This document shows, in pieces, positions 1 through 8,185 of a stretch of DNA of 64,000 bases. The notes beneath the pieces were generated by a model. That model was given only the letters and a program-made list of their open reading frames with translations. It did not search any database and was not told where the DNA came from. Made by a program: the position numbers and the translations under genes. This stretch comes from an uncultured Candidatus Rokubacteria bacterium (GTDB lineage: Bacteria; Methylomirabilota; Methylomirabilia; Rokubacteriales; DASRDR01): assembly GCA_963708025.1 (NCBI GenBank), contig CAVPSB010000015.1, positions 318,591 to 382,590 of the forward strand, read 5' to 3'. Position 1 is the first letter of the stretch. Every line of letters starts with the position of its first letter.

Positions 1-32
1 AGGGGGGCTGGGGGGTGGGCGGGAGGTCCCGA

Positions 33-785
33 ATGGTGGTGACCTTCCACGGCGATCCGGCGACCCACCTCACCCTCGAGCCGCTCGAGGCGGCGGGCAT
101 CCGGCACGCCTTCACGACGCGCCACCACGGCAACTTCGCCGCGGCGCCGGCCGGTCGCCCCTTCGCCGAGCCGGGCCCGGCGCTGCGGTCACTCCAGATC
201 GAGGGGAGCGCCGTCCGCTACGCCCGCCAGGTCCATGGCACCGAGTGCCTGCCGACCGACGGCCGGCCGCCGGGTCTCGTGGGTGAGGGCGACGCCATCG
301 TCACCGGCACGCCCCGGACCCCGCTGGCGATCTTCACCGCGGATTGCCTGGCGGTCGTGCTGGCGGATCCGGCACGGCGCGCTCTCGGCGTGGCCCACGC
401 GGGGTGGCGCGGCACGGTCGGCGGGCTGCTCGGCCGGCTCGTGGAGGCACTGGTCGAGCGCCTCGGCGCCCGGCCGAGCGACCTGGTGGCCGCCATCGGG
501 CCGTCCATCGGCCCGTGCTGCTACGAGGTGGACGAGCCGGTCGTCGGGCCCTTGAGGGCGGCCTTTGCCGACGACTGGGAGCGCTGGGCCCGGCCCCGCG
601 GGCCGGGTAAGTGGTCGCTCGACCTCTGGCAGGCGAACGCGGACCAGCTCGTTTCGGCCGGCGTGCCCCGCGCGGCGATCGCCAATCCCCGGCTGTGCAC
701 CGCCTGCCGGCTGGATCTCTTCTTCTCATACCGCAAGGAGGGTCGTGGGCGGAGCCTGGTGACCCTCGCCCTCCTTGCCGGATGA
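33..785 (+). CDS. pgeF: Peptidoglycan editing factor / YfiH-family (laccase-domain) protein
   Basis: Motifs QVHG, TADCL, HAGWRG, IGPSIGPCCYEV, CTAC, FFSYR; ATG at 33 after GGGAGG; upstream of yggS. Confidence 0.92.
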   Translation: MVVTFHGDPATHLTLEPLEAAGIRHAFTTRHHGNFAAAPAGRPFAEPGPALRSLQIEGSAVRYARQVHGTECLPTDGRPPGLVGEGDAIVTGTPRTPLAIFTADCLAVVLADPARRALGVAHAGWRGTVGGLLGRLVEALVERLGARPSDLVAAIGPSIGPCCYEVDEPVVGPLRAAFADDWERWARPRGPGKWSLDLWQANADQLVSAGVPRAAIANPRLCTACRLDLFFSYRKEGRGRSLVTLALLAG

Positions 786-806
786 CCCACCGCCGGCCGG
801 AATCCC

Positions 807-836
807 TTGGCGCGTCTCCGAGTGAACGGCTACAAT
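807..836 (+). promoter_or_regulatory. Putative sigma70 promoter for yggS-proC
   Basis: TTGGCG-18 nt-TACAAT, 12 nt before ATG 849. Confidence 0.4.
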
Positions 837-848
837 ACACCGGTATCG

Positions 849-1553
849 ATGAGTGATGGGGGTCGGGACGAGGTCGGCGCCAACCTGGCGCGGGTCAGGG
901 ATCGCATCACGCGGGCGACCGAGCGCGCCGGCCGGTCCGGGACCGGAGTCCTCCTCGTCGCCGTGTCCAAGACGGTGACCGTCGAGCGGATCCGGGCGGC
1001 CATCGCGGCCGGGGTCCCCGCGCTCGGCGAGAACCGCGTGCAGGAGGCCAGGGAAAAGGTCGCGGCGATCGGGCGCCCGGTCCCCTGGCACCTCATCGGC
1101 TCGCTCCAGACGAACAAGGTCAAGGACGCCCTCCTCTGCTTCGACCTGATCCAGTCCATCGACCGGCTGCCGCTGGCCGAGGCCCTCTCGGCCCGCGCGA
1201 CGCGAGAGGGGCGCCAGGTCGAAGGCCTGGTCCAGGTCAACGTCGCGGAGGAGCCCCAGAAGGGTGGCCTGTCACCCGCCGACCTCCGTCCGGCGCTCGA
1301 GGCGATGGCGGCCCTGCCCGGCCTCGTGCTGCGCGGGCTGATGACGATCCCGCCCCTCCCGCGTGACCCCGAGGAGTCGCGGCCGCACTACCGTGCGATG
1401 CGGAAGCTCCTCGACGAGGCGCAGGGCTGGGGGCTGGGCCCCGGCTTTCGGGAGCTGTCGATGGGCATGAGCGGAGACTTCGAGGTCGCGGTCGAGGAGG
1501 GTGCGACCATGGTCCGGGTCGGGACGGCGATCTTCGGGGCCCGGGGACACTGA
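849..1553 (+). CDS. yggS: PLP homeostasis protein YggS
   Basis: VAVSKT, GENRVQE, WHLIGSLQTNK, LSMGMSGDF, VRVGTAIFG motifs. Confidence 0.96.
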   Translation: MSDGGRDEVGANLARVRDRITRATERAGRSGTGVLLVAVSKTVTVERIRAAIAAGVPALGENRVQEAREKVAAIGRPVPWHLIGSLQTNKVKDALLCFDLIQSIDRLPLAEALSARATREGRQVEGLVQVNVAEEPQKGGLSPADLRPALEAMAALPGLVLRGLMTIPPLPRDPEESRPHYRAMRKLLDEAQGWGLGPGFRELSMGMSGDFEVAVEEGATMVRVGTAIFGARGH

Positions 1554-1555
1554 CC

Positions 1556-2380
1556 GTGTCGGCCAAGGGCAAGAAGATCGGCTTCCTCGGCGGGGGCAAC
1601 ATGGGCGAGGCCCTGATCCGGGGCCTCGCCAAGACGGGCCTCATCCCGCCCGATCACCTCTTCGTCACCGACGTCCGCCTGGAGCGCCTCGAGGAGCTGG
1701 GACGCCGCTACGGGCTGCACACCCTCTCGGACAACACGCTGCTCGTGCGGCGCGTGGACGTCGTGATCCTGGCCGTCAAGCCCCAGATCCTCGCGAGCGT
1801 CCTCCGGGAGGTCGCCGCGGCGGTCCCGGGCCGGCTGATGATCTCGATCGCCGCCGGGGTGTCAACGGCGTCGATCCGGAGTCACCTGCCCCCCGGGGTC
1901 CGCCTCATCCGGACCATGCCGAACACCCCGGCCCTCGTGCTCGAAGCCGCCACCGCCATCGCCCGGGCCGACGGGCTGGAGCCGGGCGACCTCGAGACGG
2001 CGCAGGAGATCTTCTCGGCGGTGGGCAAGGTCGTCGTGCTGGAGGAAGAGCTGATGGACGCGGTGACCGGGCTTTCCGGCTCCGGCCCCGCGTACCTCGC
2101 CCTCATCGTCGAGGCGCTCGCCGACGGCGGCGTCCGGGTTGGGCTGGACCGGCAGACCGCGATGACGCTGGCCACGCAGACCGTGCTCGGCTCGGCCCGG
2201 CTCCTCATCGAGACCGGCACCCACCCGGGCCAGCTCAAGGACATGGTGACGTCGCCCGGCGGGACGGCCATCGCCGGGATCCACACCCTCGAGTCGGGCG
2301 GCCTCCGGCGCACGCTGATCGACGCGGTGGAGCGCGCGACCCAGCGGTCGCGGGAGCTGGGCCGCGGGGAGTCGAAATAG
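1556..2380 (+). CDS. proC: Pyrroline-5-carboxylate reductase
   Basis: GFLGGGNMG, MPNTP, TGLSGSGPAY, VTSPGGT motifs. Confidence 0.97.
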   Translation: MSAKGKKIGFLGGGNMGEALIRGLAKTGLIPPDHLFVTDVRLERLEELGRRYGLHTLSDNTLLVRRVDVVILAVKPQILASVLREVAAAVPGRLMISIAAGVSTASIRSHLPPGVRLIRTMPNTPALVLEAATAIARADGLEPGDLETAQEIFSAVGKVVVLEEELMDAVTGLSGSGPAYLALIVEALADGGVRVGLDRQTAMTLATQTVLGSARLLIETGTHPGQLKDMVTSPGGTAIAGIHTLESGGLRRTLIDAVERATQRSRELGRGESK

Positions 2381-2384
2381 CCCG

Positions 2385-2678
2385 ATGTTCGTGGCGGGGC
2401 AGCTCCTGTACGCGGTGGCGATGGTGGTGCGCTACGTTCTCGAAGCCTACATGTGGATCATCATCATCCGGGCCCTCATCTCGTGGGTCAACGCCGACCC
2501 CTGGAATCCGATCGTGCGATTCCTCCACCAGGTCACGGAGCCGGTGCTCCGGCCCATCCGCCGGATGCTCCCCGCGACGCCGATCGACTTCTCGCCCGTC
2601 ATCGCCATCTTGGGCATCTATTTCCTCCAGATGTTCCTGGTTCCGGTTCTCTTGAGGGCCGCCGCTCGGCTCGACTGA
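2385..2678 (+). CDS. yggT: YggT-family membrane protein
   Basis: ISWVNADPWNPIVRFLHQVTEP, IDFSP; conserved gene order. Confidence 0.93.
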   Translation: MFVAGQLLYAVAMVVRYVLEAYMWIIIIRALISWVNADPWNPIVRFLHQVTEPVLRPIRRMLPATPIDFSPVIAILGIYFLQMFLVPVLLRAAARLD

Positions 2679-2705
2679 AACGCCGGCGGCTGAGGAGGTC
2701 AGGGT

Positions 2706-3161
2706 ATGCGACTGTCGGCCATGGACATCCGGCAGCAGCAGTTCGCGGTCAAGCTGATCCGGGGGTTCGATCCCCAGGAGGTCGACGCGTTCCTCGAAGA
2801 GGTCGCCGACGATTGGGAGGAGCTCCACAAGGAGAACAATCTCCTCAAGGAGCAGCTCACCACCCTCGAAGATCAGAAGAAAATCAGCGACGAGCACGCC
2901 ACCAGCCTCCAGCAGACGCTCGTCGTCGCGCAGAAGATGGCCGAGGAGTTCCGCGAGAGCTCCAAGCGGGCGGCCGAGATCGTCCTCCGGGAGGCGCAGC
3001 TCCAGGCCGAGAAGCTCCTCGAGGAGAAGCGCCAGGAGCTGAACAAGCTGACCCTGGACATCGACGGGCTCAAGCAGGCGAAGCGCCAGCTGGCGGAGGA
3101 GCTGCTGTCGACCCTCCGGATGCACCAGCGCCTAGTCGAGCAGAAGCTCGCGGATGCATAG
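2706..3161 (+). CDS. divIVA: DivIVA-domain protein
   Basis: DIRQQQF...RGFDPQEVDAFL followed by coiled coil; GAGGAGG RBS. Confidence 0.92.
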   Translation: MRLSAMDIRQQQFAVKLIRGFDPQEVDAFLEEVADDWEELHKENNLLKEQLTTLEDQKKISDEHATSLQQTLVVAQKMAEEFRESSKRAAEIVLREAQLQAEKLLEEKRQELNKLTLDIDGLKQAKRQLAEELLSTLRMHQRLVEQKLADA

Positions 3162-3364
3162 GGGGGCGGGGCCGATGAGCGTCGCAACGTTCATCTCGGT
3201 CGGGACGCGCTCGGCCTGCGTCGATCGGACGGCCTTCGGCCTGGGGGCGTCCGTCCCGACCTATGGTCGTCCTCGGTCGTCGCCGATCCTCGGCGTACTC
3301 GGAGTACGCCTGCGGTCGGCGACTCCCTGCGTCCTAGCGCTGCTCGCTCCTCGGCCCCGCCCCC
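3162..3364 (+). repeat. Structured ~200-bp dispersed repeat (family A), copy 1
   Basis: 14-bp terminal inverted repeat GGGGGCGGGGCCGA/TCGGCCCCGCCCCC with internal hairpins; close copies at 13257-13434 (-) and 46796-47017 (+). Confidence 0.9.
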
Positions 3365-3446
3365 GCGCGCTTGTCGCATCAGCCATGGCCGGGCGGGGCC
3401 GTTGAGCGTCGCATCGCGTCGTCGTTCGGACGACCTCCCGGTAGCG

Positions 3447-3520
3447 CCTCGGAGGGGGCCCCATTGATCGGAAGGGGGGCACCCTCCGAAGCTCCTCGGA
3501 GGGCGGCGACGGCGAAGCCG
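3447..3520. repeat. REP-like palindromic element (family B)
   Basis: TCGGAGGG...CCCTCCGA and GCGGCG...CGCCGC hairpins; similar architecture at 20935-21025. Confidence 0.5.
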
Positions 3521-3589
3521 CCGCGCGGCGCGGCCTCAGGCGCCCGCTCAGCCCGACAGGCTCCCGGCGAGAAGGAGACGCGGCTGACC

Positions 3590-3844
3590 GTGCAGGTTCA
3601 GCCCCGCGCCTCCCGCAACGGGATCGTCGCCGTGGACGGAACCGTGCTGCGGGTCCGCGTGACGGCCCCGCCGGCGGACGGCGCCGCGAACCAGGCAGTG
3701 CGCGATCTCCTGGCCGATGCCCTCGGGTGCCCGCGCTCCGCCGTGACGATCCTGCGCGGCCACGGCGCCCGCACGAAGCTGGTGGGGGTCACCGGGCTCG
3801 CGCCCGGCGAGCTCCTGTCCCGGCTCATGGCGGTCGCGCCCTGA
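3590..3844 (+). CDS. yggU: DUF167/YggU-family protein (start uncertain, may lie upstream)
   Basis: VQPRASRN, VRVTAPPADGAAN, ILRGHGARTK; typical position after divIVA. Confidence 0.85.
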   Translation: MQVQPRASRNGIVAVDGTVLRVRVTAPPADGAANQAVRDLLADALGCPRSAVTILRGHGARTKLVGVTGLAPGELLSRLMAVAP

Positions 3845-3846
3845 CC

Positions 3847-4878
3847 GTGGTGTCGAAGCTCGCCTTCACCACCGTCGCCTGGCTGGGCGACCGGCTCCTC
3901 CTCCTCGACCAGCGCCGCCTTCCCACCGACGAGGTCTTCATCGAGTGTCGCGCGTGGGAGGAGGTGGCGGAGGCGATCCGGTCGCTCGCCGTGCGGGGCG
4001 CGCCGGCCATCGGGGTGACCGCCGCCTTCGGCGTGGCGCTGGCCGGCCTGGCCAGCAAGGCGGCCACGTTCGAGGATCTGCTGGCCGACCTCGAGGTCGC
4101 CCTCCAGGGCCTGGCCGGGACCCGGCCGACCGCGGTGAATCTCTTCTGGGCCCTCGACCGGATGCGCCGGCGCGCGCTCGACCAAGCCCCCCGGCCGGTC
4201 GCCGAGATCCGGGGGAGCCTCGTGGCGGAGGCCGAGACCATCCTGGAGGAAGACATCGCCGGCAACCGCCGGCTCGGGGCCCACGGGGCCGAGCTGGTGC
4301 CCGACCGGGCGCGGATCCTGACCCACTGCAACGCCGGCGGCCTGGCGACCGCCGGCTACGGGACCGCGCTCGGCGTGGTCCGGGGCGCGGTCGAGGCCGG
4401 CAAGCGGCCGTTCGTGTGGGTGGACGAGACCCGCCCGGTGCTCCAGGGCGCGCGGCTCACCGCCTGGGAGCTTTCCAAGGAAGGGATCCCCCACACGGTG
4501 ATCGCCGACGCGGCGGCCGCGTCGATGATGGCCCGCGGGGAGGTGGATCTCGTCGTGGTCGGCGCCGACCGGATCGCCGCCAACGGGGACACCGCCAACA
4601 AGATCGGGACCTACGGCCTGGCGGTGCTCGCCCAGGCTCACCGGCTGCCCTTCTACGTGGCCGCGCCCTTCTCCACCATCGATCCCGCGCTCCCCGACGG
4701 CACGGCGATCCCGATCGAGGAGCGCGACGCCCGCGAGGTGCAGGAGCTGGCCGGCCACCGCATCGTGCCGGCCGGCTCGCCGGCCCGCAACCCGGCCTTC
4801 GACGTCACCCCGGCCGGGCTCATCACCGCCATCATCACCGAGCGCGGCGTCTTCCGCCCGCCCTACCACTTCGGCTAG
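3847..4878 (+). CDS. mtnA: S-methyl-5-thioribose-1-phosphate isomerase
   Basis: LDQRRLP, VRGAPAIG, RPTAVNL, THCNAGGLAT, DETRPVLQGARLT, NKIGTY, NPAFDVTP. Confidence 0.96.
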   Translation: MVSKLAFTTVAWLGDRLLLLDQRRLPTDEVFIECRAWEEVAEAIRSLAVRGAPAIGVTAAFGVALAGLASKAATFEDLLADLEVALQGLAGTRPTAVNLFWALDRMRRRALDQAPRPVAEIRGSLVAEAETILEEDIAGNRRLGAHGAELVPDRARILTHCNAGGLATAGYGTALGVVRGAVEAGKRPFVWVDETRPVLQGARLTAWELSKEGIPHTVIADAAAASMMARGEVDLVVVGADRIAANGDTANKIGTYGLAVLAQAHRLPFYVAAPFSTIDPALPDGTAIPIEERDAREVQELAGHRIVPAGSPARNPAFDVTPAGLITAIITERGVFRPPYHFG

Positions 4879-4963
4879 AGAGCGCCACCTGGTTGGCTAG
4901 CAAGGCAACCGCCCGTGAGATCAAGCGGTTCGGCGACATTTTCCTTGAAGAGCAGAGGTTGCT

Positions 4964-5641
4964 ATGACTTTGCCGTTCAAGATTGCTCAGGGTGACTTGG
5001 CGTTCCAGGCGGAATTCTCTGAGCCAGCCTTTGATCTTCTAAGAGATCCGACAGCGCTTCATCAGCGTGTCTTTTCGCAGTTGGCTCGTCACGGATTGAC
5101 ACTCGCCGATATGAAGATCGAGACAGGTAGCGGCGCTTTTGGCGATTTCCAGCTTAGCTGCTCCTTGCTCCATCTCACAACGTCTGTTCGCATTCGTCTC
5201 GACAAAGTAGAGATCCATTGTCTCGACCTCAAGCGGGTTTCAGCGAAGCAGATCGAGGAGATTGGATTGGCATCAATCGAGGCACCGACAGTTCAGGAGA
5301 GACAGCTTTCATACAAGACATATTCAATGGCTGTGGCTGTTCACGGGTCTCTGGTTGGTTCCACGCCCAAAGATTTCTTAGCCAGATTTGCCACAGGAGC
5401 TCCCGGGCAAGTTGGGCCGCTGGTTGGATCCGGAAGTGTATTCTACTATGGTCCTGCAGGCGAACAGGTCGCTGCGTCAGTTACTGTGGATCTGTCGGCG
5501 ATACTGCAGCCTGGTCTATTTGTCAGAACGCACGTAGTCTGGGATGCTGGTAAGATAGCTGTTGCTGCACTCTCTGAGTTCGCGGCCAAGCATGTACAGA
5601 ACGTCTTTTCGCAACTCGGAATAGCCGTAGAAAAAGGCTAG
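4964..5641 (+). CDS. Hypothetical protein, first gene of lower-GC insert
   Basis: 225-aa ORF with A/T-rich third positions, followed after 1 nt by the next ORF. Confidence 0.75.
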   Translation: MTLPFKIAQGDLAFQAEFSEPAFDLLRDPTALHQRVFSQLARHGLTLADMKIETGSGAFGDFQLSCSLLHLTTSVRIRLDKVEIHCLDLKRVSAKQIEEIGLASIEAPTVQERQLSYKTYSMAVAVHGSLVGSTPKDFLARFATGAPGQVGPLVGSGSVFYYGPAGEQVAASVTVDLSAILQPGLFVRTHVVWDAGKIAVAALSEFAAKHVQNVFSQLGIAVEKG

Positions 5642-5642
5642 C

Positions 5643-6350
5643 GTGGCATCCGTGGCCATCCTTCCAGTCGTGGGCGCGCTGAATACCTCGGCAGTGCCCG
5701 ATCGTGCCACAAGCATGTCGCAGTCGTTCCTTCGCCGGAGACATCTAAGTGAACTAGGCGAGGGGGGAGCCGGCAGACGTGAGCTGAACCTTCGCCACGT
5801 GGGCCTTCAGAGACACTCCGTCCTTCTCGGTGAGCATTCAAACTTCGGCTTCGGCCAAGATGTGCGGACTGACCAATCGTTTCTGGATCTCCGTATCGAT
5901 CCAGAACTCTTGAAGCTCGGCTTGCGCGCTAGATCACGGGCCAGAATCCTTCGTGCCCGGCGCGCTCCTCTAGCTGACGTGGTGAGCGAGAAACCAATTG
6001 GAACTACGCTCCCATACTCCTCACTGCTCAAGACCTTGATCGATGAGGAGCACATTGATGCTGCGCGCCGCTTACTCTCTGTAGCCCTCAGCGAGATCCC
6101 ACATGATGTGCATCTCTTGGCTCTTGCCAGCCTTCTCGGAAGGCCGGCCATCACAAAGACCCAGGCCTCGGATGTCAACCGAAGCCGCGAGTTCCGATGG
6201 CTTCGTACGCAGGCGTCGGCCTATCGCGGCAAGTGGGTAGCCGTGGACGGGGACACGTTAGTCGCCGAAGCAGACTCGTTGCGCGAGTTGCTCGAGACGT
6301 TAAGGACGTCAAAGAGGTCGAGACCACCGCTCGTGCATCGAGTCCAATAG
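5643..6350 (+). CDS. Protein with C-terminal DUF5678-like domain (start uncertain)
   Basis: C-terminus EFRWLR...YRGKWVAVDGDTLVAEADSLRELL...PLVHRV. Confidence 0.7.
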   Translation: MASVAILPVVGALNTSAVPDRATSMSQSFLRRRHLSELGEGGAGRRELNLRHVGLQRHSVLLGEHSNFGFGQDVRTDQSFLDLRIDPELLKLGLRARSRARILRARRAPLADVVSEKPIGTTLPYSSLLKTLIDEEHIDAARRLLSVALSEIPHDVHLLALASLLGRPAITKTQASDVNRSREFRWLRTQASAYRGKWVAVDGDTLVAEADSLRELLETLRTSKRSRPPLVHRVQ

Positions 6351-6354
6351 CGCA

Positions 6355-6810
6355 ATGCTGATGCTTGATGATCAGGTCTTTACCGTTGGTCGTTCGAAGT
6401 TTGCCGATCAAGCAACCGAAGGCGGTGAGCCGACCGCCAAGATCTATGTGAAGATCGCCCCAGGAGACCTCGGTGTACCGGTGTTGGCTCAGTTGGACAC
6501 AGGCTCGCCGTGGAGCGTACTAGAGCCGGAAATCGCCGAAGCTCTCGGTGTTCTGGGAGGGCCCGGGGAACCCAAGACGCTTCTCACGAAGGATGGACTC
6601 CAGGCTGGTCGGCTTGTACAGGTACCGATGACTTTGCTCGCCGACGAGGGCCAAGGACAGTCATTGCAAATGGAAGCCACTGTATTCGTGTCTCCTGCTT
6701 GGCCACAGGGAAGAAGCTTTCTGGGGTATTCGGGACTGCTCGAGTTCATACGTTTCGCAGTCGATGCACAGGCTAACTACTTCTACTTCGGACCTTCGCA
6801 GTCATCGTAG
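6355..6810 (+). CDS. Retropepsin-like (clan AA) aspartic protease
   Basis: AQLDTGSPWSVL catalytic motif and C-terminal FLGYSGLL. Confidence 0.85.
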   Translation: MLMLDDQVFTVGRSKFADQATEGGEPTAKIYVKIAPGDLGVPVLAQLDTGSPWSVLEPEIAEALGVLGGPGEPKTLLTKDGLQAGRLVQVPMTLLADEGQGQSLQMEATVFVSPAWPQGRSFLGYSGLLEFIRFAVDAQANYFYFGPSQSS

Positions 6811-6840
6811 TCGCTGCCCGATAGCCTGACAGGAGCTCTC

Positions 6841-6869
6841 TTGACGGGGTCCAGGGCCCCGTCTACAGT
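6841..6869 (+). promoter_or_regulatory. sigma70 promoter of aminotransferase-serA-hisZ-purA operon
   Basis: TTGACG-17 nt-TACAGT; spacer carries inverted repeat GACGGGG...CCCCGTC. Confidence 0.65.
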
Positions 6870-6939
6870 AGTGCTACCGTGAAAGTCCCCCCACATCTAG
6901 CGGTGCTCATGGTTGATTGGTCGTGAAAGGAGCGGCCGG

Positions 6940-8082
6940 ATGAAGAAGTACTACCTCCTCGCCCCCGGACCGACGCCCATCCCGCCGGAGGTGCTCCAGG
7001 CCCTGTCCCGCCCGATCCTCCATCACCGCACCCCGGAGTTCGAGGCGCTCTTCGCCCGGGTCCGGAGCGGGCTGGCCGAGCTCTGCGAGACGCGGAGCGA
7101 GGTGCTGGTCCTGGCCGCGTCGGGGACGGGGGCGATGGAGGCGGCGGTGGTGAACCTGCTGTCGCCGGGCGACGAGGCCATCGTGGTCCGCTGCGGCAAG
7201 TTCGGCGAGCGGTGGACCGACATCGGGACGGCCTTCGGGGTCACCGTTCACGCCCTCGACGCCCCCTACGGCGACACGGTGCCGCCCGAGCGGGTGGCGG
7301 CCGCCCTCCAGGCCCACCCGCGGGCCCGGGCCGTCTTCGCCACCCAGAGCGAGACCTCCACCGGCGTGCTCGAGGACATCGAGGCCTACGCCGCCCTGAC
7401 CCGGAAGACCGACACGCTCCTGGTCGTGGACACGGTCTCCTCCCTCGGCGTCGTGCCGTGCCCGATGGACGCCTGGGGCGTGGACGTCGTCGTCGCTGGC
7501 TCCCAGAAGGGGCTCATGTGCCCGCCCGGCCTGGCCTTCATCGCGCTCGGCGACCGCGCCTGGCGGGCGGTCGAGACCGCGCGGTGCCCGAAGTTCTACT
7601 GGGACCTGGCCGCCGAGCGGAAGTGGCAGGCCAAGCGGCAGGCGCAGTACACCCCGGCGGTCTCGCTCCTGATGGGCCTCGACGTGGCGCTCGGGCTGAT
7701 GAAGGCGGAGGGACTGCCGCAGGTCTACGGCCGCCACGACCGCCTGGCCCGGGCGATGCGGGCCGGCGCCGAGGCCCTCGGCCTCACGCTCTTCCCGCGC
7801 GCCACGCCGAGTCCGGCGGTGACGGCGGTCGTGGCCCCGCCCGGGGTGGACGGGGAGGCGGTGGTCCGCGCCTACGGGGAGGAGCACAACATCACGATCG
7901 CGGGCGGCCAGGGCGAGATGAAGGGGAAGATCTTCCGCCTCGCCCACCTGGGCTACGTCGCCGACTACGACGTGATCGTGGGGCTGGCCGCCCTCGAGCG
8001 CGTGCTCGCCCGCCTCGGTGTCCCGGTGGACTTCGGCGCCGGCGTGGCCGCGGCCCAGAAGCTCCTCGCCAAGGAAAACTGA
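6940..8082 (+). CDS. Class V PLP aminotransferase (serine-pyruvate/alanine-glyoxylate type), probable SerC substitute
   Basis: LLAPGPTP, SGTGAMEAA, SETSTGV, GSQKGLMCPPGL; directly upstream of serA. Confidence 0.9.
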   Translation: MKKYYLLAPGPTPIPPEVLQALSRPILHHRTPEFEALFARVRSGLAELCETRSEVLVLAASGTGAMEAAVVNLLSPGDEAIVVRCGKFGERWTDIGTAFGVTVHALDAPYGDTVPPERVAAALQAHPRARAVFATQSETSTGVLEDIEAYAALTRKTDTLLVVDTVSSLGVVPCPMDAWGVDVVVAGSQKGLMCPPGLAFIALGDRAWRAVETARCPKFYWDLAAERKWQAKRQAQYTPAVSLLMGLDVALGLMKAEGLPQVYGRHDRLARAMRAGAEALGLTLFPRATPSPAVTAVVAPPGVDGEAVVRAYGEEHNITIAGGQGEMKGKIFRLAHLGYVADYDVIVGLAALERVLARLGVPVDFGAGVAAAQKLLAKEN

Positions 8083-8109
8083 GAGCGTGTCGAGGAAGCG
8101 GCTCCGGCT

Positions 8110-8163
8110 CCCCCCTCCCCCCAGTGGGTGGGGGAGGGGGGCTGGGGGGGTAGGCGGGAGGTG
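8110..8163 (+). repeat. C/G-tract hairpin plus G-rich leader (family C)
   Basis: CCCCCCTCCCCCCA-GTGGG-TGGGGGAGGGGGG hairpin, then G-tracts and GGGAGG; relatives at 1-27 and 42371-42420 (-). Confidence 0.6.
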
Positions 8164-8185
8164 CTGAACAAACGGGAGGTGCTCA

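Noticed and set aside
3154-3405. Homologous small ORFs at 3154, 46808 and near 13300
   Set aside because: They are translations of the family A repeat; conservation follows base pairing and copies differ by indels
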